A stretch of 64,000 nt of DNA from Arenicellales bacterium (GCA_965262855.1 OZ253563.1:1911015-1975014); one strand, 5' to 3'; positions 1-9,620 are shown, numbered from the stretch's first letter. Notes: generated by a model from the letters alone, not told the origin. Numbers and translations are program-made.

Positions 1-143
1 TCAACAGAATTCCTATCTCTCTCTAGCTGAGAGCACCAGAAAATCAGTTCTCACCGATTTTAACTTTTATTTCATCAGCCTGCACATCTCTATTTGAAAA
101 TGCTATCAATTGAGCTGAGCCTTCAGCAGTAGCGCAAATACTT

Positions 144-989
144 CTAGCGATTGCGTAGCACATAGAACAGAGACACCAAGAGTACCGATATTGCGAGCAG
201 AGCACTCGAAATTGCGTTGATCTCTGGAGTGACTCCACGGCGTAGCTGACCAAGCATATAGGTTGGCAGAGTATCCTGTCCGGCAGATTTCACAAGTTCC
301 GTGATCACAACGTCATCCAGCGAAATCACAAATGCAAGCATGCCTCCGGCGAGAATGCCCGGCCACATCAGCGGAAGCGTGATACGCCTGAACGCATTCC
401 ACCGTGTTGCATAGAGGTCCTGAGCAGCAGTCTCCAGCGATGTGTCCATACCTTCCAGACGTGCACGGATCGGTAGGTATGCGAACGGAATACAGAATGC
501 TGTGTGCGCTGCGATCAGATACAGCAAGCCGTGATAGCCAGTTGCAGTCTTGATGATGGCAAAAAATATCAGCAGTGCGACACCGGTCACAATTTCCGGC
601 ACCATCAGTGGCTGATTGATGACTGCGTACATTACAGTGCGTCCTCTATAGGCTGCAGTACGAGTGGTCCCGAGCGCAGCCATGGTCGCCAGGAATGTCG
701 ACGAAAATGACGCAATCGCAGCAACAATCAGGGAACGGATCGTGACTTCTTGAACCTGCTCATTGTCCCAGGCAACGTAATACCAGTTGAGGGTGAATCC
801 CTCCCACAGCGCAATGTTGGTTCCCGCATTGAATGAGTATACGACCAGGACGCCGATAGGTGCATACAGCAGTATGAAACACACCACTGCGGTTGCTGAG
901 AAACCCGGCAGACGACGGGTTGAAAATGGTTTCATCCGTTTCGCAGATTCAAGCATGGCTGGTGTTCCCGCGTTGTGCGGTTCGCACAT
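144..989 (-). CDS. ABC transporter permease, PotC-like (polyamine-type importer)
   Basis: 281-aa multi-TM ORF; last gene of a minus-strand ATPase-permease-permease operon; 41-nt overlap with the upstream permease. Confidence 0.85.
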   Translation of the reverse strand: MCEPHNAGTPAMLESAKRMKPFSTRRLPGFSATAVVCFILLYAPIGVLVVYSFNAGTNIALWEGFTLNWYYVAWDNEQVQEVTIRSLIVAAIASFSSTFLATMAALGTTRTAAYRGRTVMYAVINQPLMVPEIVTGVALLIFFAIIKTATGYHGLLYLIAAHTAFCIPFAYLPIRARLEGMDTSLETAAQDLYATRWNAFRRITLPLMWPGILAGGMLAFVISLDDVVITELVKSAGQDTLPTYMLGQLRRGVTPEINAISSALLAISVLLVSLFYVLRNR

Positions 990-1905
990 AGATCAGCAAC
1001 GCCCCCATTACGATCGCAAGCAAAGCGATTGACAGAGCTGCTCCAAGCGGCCAGTTCCGCCCCTGCTGAAACTGGAGTTCAATAAGGTTGCCCAACATCA
1101 GATTACGGCCGCCGCCTAGCACCCGTGGCGTGACGTAGGCGCCTAGTGACGGAATGAACACCAGTATGCATCCCGCTACGATTCCGGGCTTCACCAGCGG
1201 TATGATGACTCGCCAAAGCACTCTAAGACGTGTTGCATACAGATCGTAAGCGGCTTCCACCAGTCTGAAGTCGAGTTTTTCGATACTAGCATAGAGCGGG
1301 AGCACCATTAGTGGTAAATACACATAAGTCATGCCCAGCATGATGGCGAATTCGGTGTAGAGTATTTCTATGGGCGTTTCAATGATCCCCAGACTGATCA
1401 ATGCATGATTGATGATCCCTTGATCTCGGATCATTTGCATTATCGCGAAGGTTCGAATCAAGAGATTGGTCCAAAAAGGTATCGTAATCAGAAACAGCCA
1501 CAAATTTCGGGTTTTCGGTGAGCGGGTGGCAATGAAATATGCAGTTGGGAATCCGAGAGTAAGCGCCAGAAGCGTTGACTGAGTCGAAAGGCTGACGGAA
1601 CGCCAAAGTATCGACAGGTGGGCGTCGGCGATCGAAACCGTACCATCAAAAATGTCACGGTTGAAAAATAAGTCAAACCATCCGTCCAACGACGGTTTCC
1701 AGATGACACCTCCGTACGCCCCGGCTTCCAGGAATGAATAGACGAGCATAATCAGCAGGGGGCCTGTAGCGGCAACTGCCAGTACAATCAATGACGGTGT
1801 GCAAAGCAGATAGTTTCGACGCACTTCCTGGCGGTGAGAGTCGCGCGCCGCTTCTGCATGCTCTCGTTTTGTGGCGTCAGCGGCTGTGTGTACAGAATGA
1901 TTCAT
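949..1905 (-). CDS. ABC transporter permease, PotB-like
   Basis: 318-aa multi-TM ORF directly abutting the ATPase gene (1905/1906); typical binding-protein-dependent permease layout. Confidence 0.85.
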   Translation of the reverse strand: MNHSVHTAADATKREHAEAARDSHRQEVRRNYLLCTPSLIVLAVAATGPLLIMLVYSFLEAGAYGGVIWKPSLDGWFDLFFNRDIFDGTVSIADAHLSILWRSVSLSTQSTLLALTLGFPTAYFIATRSPKTRNLWLFLITIPFWTNLLIRTFAIMQMIRDQGIINHALISLGIIETPIEILYTEFAIMLGMTYVYLPLMVLPLYASIEKLDFRLVEAAYDLYATRLRVLWRVIIPLVKPGIVAGCILVFIPSLGAYVTPRVLGGGRNLMLGNLIELQFQQGRNWPLGAALSIALLAIVMGALLIYVRTAQRGNTSHA

Positions 1906-3063
1906 TCAATCCTTCAGAACCTGCATAGTGGATGCGTCCACTGAGATGCCTACGGAATCTCCAATTTCAAAGCGTGATTCATGGCCCCGAAGGTTCTGAA
2001 CATGTGCAGTGAATTCCGGACCTTCTGGCAACTCGACAATGTAATGCGTGTGCGTTCCCAAATACACCATGTTTCGAATGGTTCCAAACAACAGGCAATC
2101 CGATCCAGAATCGATCAAAGTGGCCTGTTCCGGCCGAACCGCGATTGTAACCGACCGGCCTGCCACGGTAGTAGAACGCGCTGGAATATCCATTTCTCTT
2201 CCAGATGTAAAGCGTAGCCGCGCTTTCGAATCGTTTACTGAAAGAACTTCTGCTTCCAGAAAATTTGAATCACCGATAAACTCCGCGACGAATCTCTCTC
2301 TTGGGAAATTGTAGATTTCACTCGGCACGCCAATCTGCAGCACCTTTCCCTCGTTCATTACCGCCAGGCGGTCCGACATCGTCAATGCTTCTTCCTGATC
2401 GTGCGTGACGAAAATGAAAGTGATTCCGGTTTCGTGCTGAAGACGTTTGAGCTCAAGCTGCATGTCCTGACGAAGTTTGTAGTCCAAAGCGGAAAGCGAT
2501 TCATCCAGCAGCAGGACTTTTGGTCGAGGCGCCAGCGCTCTTGCCAGTGCGACGCGTTGCTGTTGTCCACCTGAAATCTCACTTGTTCGCCGATCAGCGA
2601 GTTCATCCATTCTTACGAGCCGCAATATGGAATCAACGGTGTCTTTGATCTGTGCTTTTGGTTTGCGAAGCATTTCAAGTCCGAAACTGATATTCTGCGC
2701 CACTGTCATGTGCGGAAACAGCGCATAGCTCTGAAAAACCGTATTGACCGGGCGCTCGTACGGGGGCAGGAAGGTAATGTCTTTTTCATACAGCTGGATG
2801 TGTCCCGAGTCAGGATGCTCGAATCCAGCAATCAATCTCAGAAGTGTCGTTTTGCCACAGCCCGACGGGCCCAGCAAAGTAAAAAACTCGTTCTCTCGAA
2901 TTTCAAGAGAAACGTCATCCAAAGCGGTTACTGAATCGCTACCGCTATCGAATATCTTGGTAACAGACTGAACCGTAACTGCGTTGCGGCCGCCTGATTT
3001 CGCGTTTGACGATGTGTTCAACTTCTTGCAGTTGCCGTCAATTTCCCGGATTGTGCGAAGCAA
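1906..3063 (-). CDS. ABC transporter ATP-binding protein, PotA-like
   Basis: Walker [13 protein letters not shown] signature [15 protein letters not shown], Walker B VLLLDE, C-terminal regulatory extension; the true start may be an internal codon. Confidence 0.9.
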   Translation of the reverse strand: MLRTIREIDGNCKKLNTSSNAKSGGRNAVTVQSVTKIFDSGSDSVTALDDVSLEIRENEFFTLLGPSGCGKTTLLRLIAGFEHPDSGHIQLYEKDITFLPPYERPVNTVFQSYALFPHMTVAQNISFGLEMLRKPKAQIKDTVDSILRLVRMDELADRRTSEISGGQQQRVALARALAPRPKVLLLDESLSALDYKLRQDMQLELKRLQHETGITFIFVTHDQEEALTMSDRLAVMNEGKVLQIGVPSEIYNFPRERFVAEFIGDSNFLEAEVLSVNDSKARLRFTSGREMDIPARSTTVAGRSVTIAVRPEQATLIDSGSDCLLFGTIRNMVYLGTHTHYIVELPEGPEFTAHVQNLRGHESRFEIGDSVGISVDASTMQVLKD

Positions 3064-3281
3064 ATGCCAAGCTTACATACGTGGCAGTCTCATTAAATGT
3101 GCCAAGAATCGAACTCCTGACAAAATATGTAATTATATGGGGGTTGACGCGAATTTATTGCAATCTGGAGCGCTAAACGAGATAAATGAGACGATACACT
3201 ATCAGTCAGACTTAAACCCCTTCGAGTCCCGAAATCTGAAATAGTTGACTATCAGGATATGGTTTGTGGTTGAACCAAACG

Positions 3282-3434
3282 TCACGATGGTATTTGTAGA
3301 GCAGATTTAACGGCACCTACATCATCACCGATGAGTTTTGCCAAACAAACCAATGATTCTTCTAATTCTTCTCGCTTGTTCTTGATCGCCACTTGCTCCA
3401 GCGTTTGAAGAAAATACTCAAATAACTTCTTCAT
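3282..3434 (-). CDS. hypothetical small protein (about 50 aa)
   Basis: ATG ORF (MKKLFEYFLQTLEQVAIKNKREELEE...) 37 nt downstream of the HNH remnant; no recognisable motif. Confidence 0.2.
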   Translation of the reverse strand: MKKLFEYFLQTLEQVAIKNKREELEESLVCLAKLIGDDVGAVKSALQIPS

Positions 3435-3471
3435 TAGTGCTCTGTATTGAATTGATTCTTCACTGTTCAGC

Positions 3472-3747
3472 CTAAGTCATTTCAAGTGTTGACTTACCCG
3501 CTTCTGATAAAGCCTTGATGTAATTATCATTAAACCTCAAGTGATGACTCATAACATGAATGCACGAATTTACTATTTCCTTGTCAGTCTCATTTGACCA
3601 GTAGTTCCCTTTAAATCTGTTGCAGGCTGCACATGAATAAAGCAGGTTGTCATAATCTGCAATCAATTTGTGAAATTTGTCTTTTGGGAGGTAGTGGTCG
3701 ACATGGAATTCGCTCTTATCAGCAAGGGCATCCGATTTTCTACAATA
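3472..3747 (-). pseudogene. HNH endonuclease, 5'-truncated remnant
   Basis: My own translation upstream of the listed 64-aa ORF gives ..KSDALADKSEFHVDHYLPKDKFHKLIADYDNLLYSCAACNRFKGNYW (HNH core). The frame closes at 3748-3750 with no ATG/GTG start upstream of the core. Confidence 0.7.
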
Positions 3748-3779
3748 TCAGACTTCCTGACCTCGACCAATCAAATATG
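3748..3779 (+). repeat. 32-nt IS-end-like repeat, copy 1 (TCAGACTTCCTGACCTCGACCAATCAAAT..)
   Basis: 30/32 identical to 9608-9639 in direct orientation; begins exactly where the HNH frame is cut. Confidence 0.6.
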
Positions 3780-4265
3780 TCATCATATCTAATGGTTTGC
3801 CGGGCGGATTTCGTTGAAAAGTGCGAGGCAGGTACTGGGAAATCCTTCGCAGATGGCTTTCGAATCGAGCTGTTGGAGACGCAATAGGGCATGTCGGCGA
3901 TTCTGCGAACTGAATAAGATGGCATATCAAATTTGCCAGCATTGCAAAGAAATTCACTGAGAATATCATTCGGTTTTCACAAAAAAGAAAATAAGATTAT
4001 CAACATGCGTGAACTTGAAGCAAATCGGATTGAAAATAGAGGAAGTCTGAAATTAGATGAGTTGTCAGACTCTGTTTTGGTGCACTGGTATAACCAGCGT
4101 GGTGAGACGAGCGAAAACAGATTAAAGGAGCTTCGCAGCGAGATTGCCTTGTGGGAACTTTGATGCCAATGCAGCATAGCTCATGTTCAGTTCTATTGCC
4201 TGCATCAACTTGTTTGCCTTGATGCGGATGGTATTGCCGATTTGGTGGTCAGCTGCCCGTGCGCC

Positions 4266-6771
4266 CAATGGCATTCGTTTTGAAAAATTCCGAACACGTG
4301 GTCGTTGGTGATTTGCAAGTCATTGATGTAAATCATGTTTTTTGAGTGCAAAAAAATTGTCCTGAGCCCTTGACAAACACCACCGGTTCTGCGAAAATAA
4401 CAGTGAACATTGAAGCTTATCAGGAGAATACGCGATGGACGACAGCATCAAGCGATTGCACAGGACGACCTTTTGCGGGCAGCGATTCACGCGCCAGCAA
4501 TTGGTCGAGGTCCAGCAGACGGTTGACAGTTTTCCGCGCTTAAGTCGCAACGAGTTGGCGCAGACGATCTGTGAGCATTTGGATTGGCGAACGGATGGGG
4601 GCGTCAACAGCGCTTATGCGTGTTTGAAGATGCTCGAGGAGTTGCAGGCTGCGGGTGTATTGCGCTTGCCGGGCAAGGATGAGACGAAGGTTCGGGGGGG
4701 CCGCAAGCGACTGGAGTTGAGCGAGCGGAGTGAGCCGGGTGCGGCGGTGGTGGCGAGTTTGTCGGAGCTGTCGCCGATTGCGCTGCAGTTGGTGGAGTGC
4801 GAGGCGGACAAGGCGCAGTGGAACGAGCTGGTGGATCGTTATCATTATCTGGGCTACCGTCAGCCGATGGGATGTCACTTGCGTTATTTCATTGTTGACA
4901 AAGATAACCGGCGGCTGGGTTGTTTGCTGTTTCAGCGGGCCAGTGCGAAGTTGCCGTGCCGGGATGAATGGATCGGCTGGCAACCGGTGCGCTACAAGAA
5001 GCGTTTGAAGCAGGTGGTGCAAAATGCGCGGTTTTTGATCTTGCCCTGGGTGCAGGTGTCGAACCTGGCCTCGAAGGCATTGTCGCTGGCGGCACGGTGC
5101 ATGGCAGACGATTGGCAGACAAGATGGGGCGTGCGGCCGGTGCTGATGGAGACCTTCGTTGAAGCGGCGCGTTTTAGCGCCAGCAGTTATCGGGCGGCGG
5201 GCTGGCAGCGGATTGGCAAGACCGTCAAGCGCTCTGACAAGACCATCAAGGATGTGTATGTGATGCCATTGGCGGCCGATGCCCGTCGCATGCTGCTCGA
5301 AGGTGAGGCCAAAAAGCCCCGGCGAGTTGCGCCGCGGCAGCCGTCGGTCGGTTCTGCCGATGACCGGTTTGTGCGCATGTGGCGTGATTTTATCAGCATT
5401 GCAGCCGCGGTGGCTGAGCAATACGATCGACGCTGGCAACAGCGAAGACGGGTGCTCAATACGTTGCTGATCATGCTGTTTGTGTTCCGTCTGGTGTTTT
5501 CAAAGAATCATCAGGGCTATCAGATCACGGTCAACGAATTGTGGGCTCAGAGTCGGCTGCTGGGTGTGGAGCTGCCACAGCCGCAGCCGCCAGTGGCGTC
5601 CTCGATGTGTGTCGCCCGCCACAAGCTCGATGAGCAGGTGTTCAAAACAGTCTATCGGCAGGTGCTGGCGCGTTTGGATGAGCACTTGGGTGAGGATGCC
5701 CGTCGCGAGTGGTGCGGCCGGCGACTGCTGGCGGTAGATGGGAGCAAAATCAACTTGCCGCGGGCGCTGCTTGAAGCCGGCTATTCCCTGCCTTCCCAGG
5801 GTTGTTACTATCCGCAAGGCCTGGTGAGTTGTTTGTACCGGCTGGGCGACCGCATGCCAATGGATTTTGAGTTGCTGTCGCACCTGGACGAACATCAGCC
5901 CGCGCTCGGGCATCTGAAATGGTGCCGGGCGGGCGAAGTGGTGGTATACGACCGCGGTTATTATTCGTTCGAGTTGTTGCGCCAGCATGCGATACGCGGC
6001 ATCGACTGTATTTTTCGCCTCAAGCGTGGCAGTGCAGGTGCCTTTGATGAGTTCATTGACGGCTGCGAGGATGAACGCGTCATTGATGTTTTGCCGAGCG
6101 AGTCTCGCGCCCGGCACTGGCGCCGGCGTCATCCGGGTAAAACCTTGCACCCGATCCGGGTGCGCTGCGTCAGATACAGCGCCGGTGGCAATGACTACTG
6201 TCTTGCGACCACGCTGTTGGATCAAAACCAGTTTCCGGTCGCCGCACTGTCGGATGCGTATCACGGCCGCTGGGGCATTGAAGAGTTGTACAAAATCTCC
6301 AAGCGGTTGGTGGAAATCGAGCAATTTCACGCCAAGTCCGAGCGCGGCGTGAAACAGGAGCTGTATGCTCATTTTGTGCTGCTGGCGCTGTCTCGCTCGT
6401 TCGGTAACCAGTTGGAAGACGACCTGAATACGGGTGCTGTGTGCGATCAACCCAAGATGCGTGCGAATTTCAAGAATGTGCTGGTGACGGTGGCGAGAAA
6501 CTTTGAAGCGCTGATGCTGGGCAACTGGCAACTGGCTTCGAGCGCGGTATCGAACATTCTTCACAGCATCGGTAATTGTCTGCAAAAGGAACGTCCAGGA
6601 CGGTCGTGTCCGCGCATCTCAAAGCGTCCGGATGAGCGGTTCAGGAATGCCAATCGAAGAACTAGAACGGCCTAAAAAAACTGAACCATTGATCAGCTGC
6701 AGGTCGTCCAAATCTTGGGAAAATACCGAACTGTTAAACGAATAGCTTTTTTTGCTAAACGAATGCCATTG
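4266..6771 (+). mobile_element. IS4-type insertion sequence encoding a DUF4338-DDE fusion transposase, copy 1
   Basis: 15-bp perfect terminal inverted repeats CAATGGCATTCGTTT (4266-4280 and complement of 6757-6771); 10-bp target duplication CCCGTGCGCC (4256-4265 and 6772-6781); second copy at 22651-25156. Confidence 0.9.
4435..6675 (+). CDS. transposase with N-terminal DUF4338 (DruA-like) module fused to an IS4-family DDE domain
   Basis: 746 aa. N-terminal blocks DRYHYLGY, DEWIGW, NARFLILPW, NLASKALSL, METFVE..RF..SSYRAAGW. C-terminal AVDGSKINLP, VVVYDRGYYSF and YHGRWGIEELYKISK (the Y-2-R-3-E-6-K signature of IS4). Confidence 0.85.
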   Translation: MDDSIKRLHRTTFCGQRFTRQQLVEVQQTVDSFPRLSRNELAQTICEHLDWRTDGGVNSAYACLKMLEELQAAGVLRLPGKDETKVRGGRKRLELSERSEPGAAVVASLSELSPIALQLVECEADKAQWNELVDRYHYLGYRQPMGCHLRYFIVDKDNRRLGCLLFQRASAKLPCRDEWIGWQPVRYKKRLKQVVQNARFLILPWVQVSNLASKALSLAARCMADDWQTRWGVRPVLMETFVEAARFSASSYRAAGWQRIGKTVKRSDKTIKDVYVMPLAADARRMLLEGEAKKPRRVAPRQPSVGSADDRFVRMWRDFISIAAAVAEQYDRRWQQRRRVLNTLLIMLFVFRLVFSKNHQGYQITVNELWAQSRLLGVELPQPQPPVASSMCVARHKLDEQVFKTVYRQVLARLDEHLGEDARREWCGRRLLAVDGSKINLPRALLEAGYSLPSQGCYYPQGLVSCLYRLGDRMPMDFELLSHLDEHQPALGHLKWCRAGEVVVYDRGYYSFELLRQHAIRGIDCIFRLKRGSAGAFDEFIDGCEDERVIDVLPSESRARHWRRRHPGKTLHPIRVRCVRYSAGGNDYCLATTLLDQNQFPVAALSDAYHGRWGIEELYKISKRLVEIEQFHAKSERGVKQELYAHFVLLALSRSFGNQLEDDLNTGAVCDQPKMRANFKNVLVTVARNFEALMLGNWQLASSAVSNILHSIGNCLQKERPGRSCPRISKRPDERFRNANRRTRTA

Positions 6772-7073
6772 CCCGTGCGCCATGCCGGGCAATGGACCGT
6801 GAAGGTCAATGCCTGACCGTCAGATGATTGATGAAGCGCTGGGTCAAGTTTGAAACTTTCCGCTTCTGATAACAACTGACCGCCTCGGGCGGTGCTTGTT
6901 GCCGCAGTTCTTTGAAGCGGGAGTGGAACCCTCAAAATAAATCCTTCCAGTTCAATTGTGGATTATCGCTTGACAATACTTTGAATTTCATATCTATTTT
7001 GTGTCTGTGCGACCGGCAAACCGCTGAATCCACACGATCAGGTTCAACCCCCATCCATTCAGGAGGATGCAAG

Positions 7074-8096
7074 ATGGAAGAGATGTATGCCCCCAACGAT
7101 GAATCACTGCATCAATCGCACGATGCGTTCTTTTGCGAGTGGTTCAGCAAAGATAAATACGCCATCGAACTGGCTCAGCTTGCGCTTGGAGAAAATGCGA
7201 ACGTGTTGTTGGACTGGTCAAGTTTTCATCTGGAATCCACCGCTCTGAGTGAAGCGCAGGGGCGAAAGAGACAGGCGGACCTGTTGTGTTCCATGACCTT
7301 GAACAAGCATCAGTCGACGGGGCGCGTGTATCTGTTGTTGGAACATAAAAGTCATCAGGACAAAGCAACCCTGTCGCAGTTGTTTGAATACCAGTTGCTG
7401 GCTCGTCGTTCGCATCGTGGTGCGGTGATTTCTTCGATTGTCTATCACGGTCGCGAACGCGAGTGGAACGGGGGGTCAGGATTTCAGGATGTGTTTTTGA
7501 AACTGCATCCGGAATCCATCTCGCTGCTCAATCATCTGTTTGCCGTCAGTGCCGATTGTCTGCTGTTGAACCTGCGTGATGATGCGGTTCTTGAACGAAC
7601 GGGTGGTTTGAGTTGCCGGGTGATCTTATATATACTGAGCAAGATATGGCGACTGGATGATGAACGGGTGGCAGAGGCGTTTCGGATTGGTCTGACGATT
7701 GAATCGGATGAGGAACGCACTGAAATGATCAGATCTGTGACGCGGTATATTCGACGGAATTACCCAAGTTACAACTGGCAGAGACTGGAACAGATTGAAC
7801 GAGAAACGATAGTGGAGGAAAAGAGAATCATGGCACAGGTGATGACGCTTGCGGAATTGGAACAGCAGGAATACATGAAGCAGGGAATAGAACAGGGAAT
7901 AGAACAGGGAATTGAGCAGGGAATTGAGCGGGGAATTGAGCGGGGAATTGAGCGGGGAATAGAGCAAGGCTACAGTGATGCGACACGAAATATTGCTTTG
8001 AATTTGATTCGTGAAGGTCTTGGCGCCGAAACGATCTGCAAATTTACCGGATTGTCTTTGGATGATGTGAAAAAACTTCAAAACGATGTTCATTGA
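7074..8096 (+). CDS. Rpn/YhgA-like PD-(D/E)XK recombination-promoting nuclease / putative transposase
   Basis: ATG at 7074 preceded by AGGAGGA; N-terminal HDAFFCEWF.., ADLLCSM..VYLLLEHKSHQD core typical of the family; C-terminal G-I-E-Q/R repeats and an HTH-like tail. Confidence 0.8.
   Translation: MEEMYAPNDESLHQSHDAFFCEWFSKDKYAIELAQLALGENANVLLDWSSFHLESTALSEAQGRKRQADLLCSMTLNKHQSTGRVYLLLEHKSHQDKATLSQLFEYQLLARRSHRGAVISSIVYHGREREWNGGSGFQDVFLKLHPESISLLNHLFAVSADCLLLNLRDDAVLERTGGLSCRVILYILSKIWRLDDERVAEAFRIGLTIESDEERTEMIRSVTRYIRRNYPSYNWQRLEQIERETIVEEKRIMAQVMTLAELEQQEYMKQGIEQGIEQGIEQGIERGIERGIERGIEQGYSDATRNIALNLIREGLGAETICKFTGLSLDDVKKLQNDVH
7884..7967 (+). repeat. 7 x 12-bp in-frame tandem repeat encoding GIEQ/GIER
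   Basis: GGAATAGAACAG / GGAATTGAGCGG units read directly; the duplicate copy has 3 units (9014-9049). Confidence 0.95.
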
Positions 8097-8505
8097 TGCC
8101 AAAGTGGCATCTGATGCACTCGCTGCAACAGTTTTCTTTGTGCTTTGGCAGCGTCTTTGAAATTTCATTGATCATGTTCCTGTATATAAAACCCCGAAAT
8201 ATTGTTACCCAGTGGCGAAAATGCCAGCGGACAATACATCAGGTTCGCAATCACCTGCCAATCCAGACCAATTCCAACCTGTTGTACCTGTGTTCGATAA
8301 TCGGAGCAACAAAATCCAGTTGAATCGCTAAAATCTCGCTGCTGGTCACTGAATTAAATTTCATAATTGCGGCTTTGGTCTACTTGAGAATGATCAAAGT
8401 GTGGCTCAGTTCACAAGTATCGGCTGCTGACCTGTGCATCAAGCCACAACATCCCGGGCGAGTGCTTTCCATGCATGTATCTGAAGTTCTCAAGGTTTGC
8501 TGACA

Positions 8506-9178
8506 GCAGTTGTTTGAATACCAGTTGCTGGCTCGTCGTTCGCATCGTGGTGCGGTGATTTCTTCGATTGTCTATCACGGTCGCGAACGCGAGTGGAACG
8601 GGGGGTCAGGATTTCAGGATGTGTTTTTGAAACTGCATCCGGAATCCATCTCGCTGCTCAATCATCTGTTTGCCGTCAGTGCCGATTGTCTGCTGTTGAA
8701 CCTGCGTGATGATGCGGTTCTTGAACGAACGGGTGGTTTGAGTTGCCGGGTGATCTTATATATACTGAGCAAGATATGGCGACTGGATGATGAACGGGTG
8801 GCAGAGGCGTTTCGGATTGGTCTGACGATTGAATCGGATGAGGAACGCACTGAAATGATCAGATCTGTGACGCGGTATATTCGACGGAAATACCCAAGTT
8901 ACAACTGGCAGAGACTGGAACAGATTGAACGAGAAACGATAGTGGAGGAAAAGAGAATCATGGCACAGGTGATGACGCTTGCGGAATTGGAACAGCAGGA
9001 ATACATGAAGCAGGGAATAGAACAGGGAATTGAGCGGGGAATAGAGCAAGGCTACAGTAATGCGACACGAAATATTGCTTTGAATTTGATTCGTGAAGGT
9101 CTTGGCGCCGAAACGATCTGCAAATTTACCGGATTGTCTTTGGATGATGTGAAAAAACTGCAAAACGATGTTCATTGA
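8506..9178 (+). pseudogene. 5'-truncated duplicate of the Rpn gene (3' two-thirds only)
   Basis: Homology to 7376-8096 starts mid-codon region (..QLFEYQLLARRSH..); differs by N/K and D/N substitutions and 3 versus 7 repeat units; homology continues to about 9262. Confidence 0.85.
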
Positions 9179-9389
9179 TGCCGAAGTGGCATCTGATGCA
9201 CTCGCTGCAACAGTTTTCTTTGTGCTTTGGCAGCGTCTTTGTAATTTCATTGATCATGTTTCCAAAGCGTGATTTCAGTTGGAATTGATCGCCCTCTAAA
9301 ACATGAATGCAACATACAGTTCATTAGGTCGAATACGTTCAGTGTGGAACATCACGGCTTGAGTAAACGGTTACTGACAGCTTTTTTAA

Positions 9390-9620
9390 TCAATCCTGCA
9401 TATAAAACCCGAAACATTGTGGAATAACTTACTCAAATTGAATGCCATTGCAGTCGGCCCTGGTTCGAGATTCCCACCTGTCAGAGCACCTGACATCCGG
9501 ACATACGTCATACAGGTAGCACGACTCGCAGGGTTCATTCCGTCAAGACGTCAGCTACTTCCAGGAATCAAAAAACTCTGGGATGGATATGTTATTATGC
9601 AACACTTTCAGACTTCCTGA
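9390..9620 (+). pseudogene. C-terminal remnant of a Tn5/IS50-like (IS4 family) transposase
   Basis: ..VIQVARLAGFIPSRRQLLPGIKKLWDGYVIMQHF resembles the Tn5 Tnp C-terminus (..IARLGGFMDSKRTGIASWGALWEGW..); only about 76 codons remain. Confidence 0.5.

Noticed and set aside
3933-4163. 76-aa plus-strand ORF, and an overlapping antisense frame interrupted by the IS4-type insertion
   Set aside because: Neither frame has a recognisable motif or a convincing start, and I cannot tell which strand, if either, is coding.
4540-6585. Long antisense ORFs inside the IS4-type element (299 aa and 361 aa, repeated at 22925-24970)
   Set aside because: They lie opposite a well-supported transposase ORF in GC-rich DNA and have low-complexity Arg/Pro/Gln-rich composition with no motifs. 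These are typical shadow ORFs.
7884-7967. Possible CRISPR-like or satellite array
   Set aside because: The units are 12 bp and contiguous with no spacers, and they are in frame within a coding sequence. This is a protein tetrapeptide repeat, not a CRISPR array.
7626-8168. 180-aa minus-strand ORF with LNSPLNSPLNS repeats (also 8756-9250)
   Set aside because: It is the mirror image of the GIEQ/GIER tandem repeat in the Rpn gene and is not an independent gene.
9466-9485. tRNA T-arm-like string TGGTTCGAGATTCC
   Set aside because: No acceptor or anticodon arms can be folded around it, and it lies inside the IS50-like transposase remnant frame.
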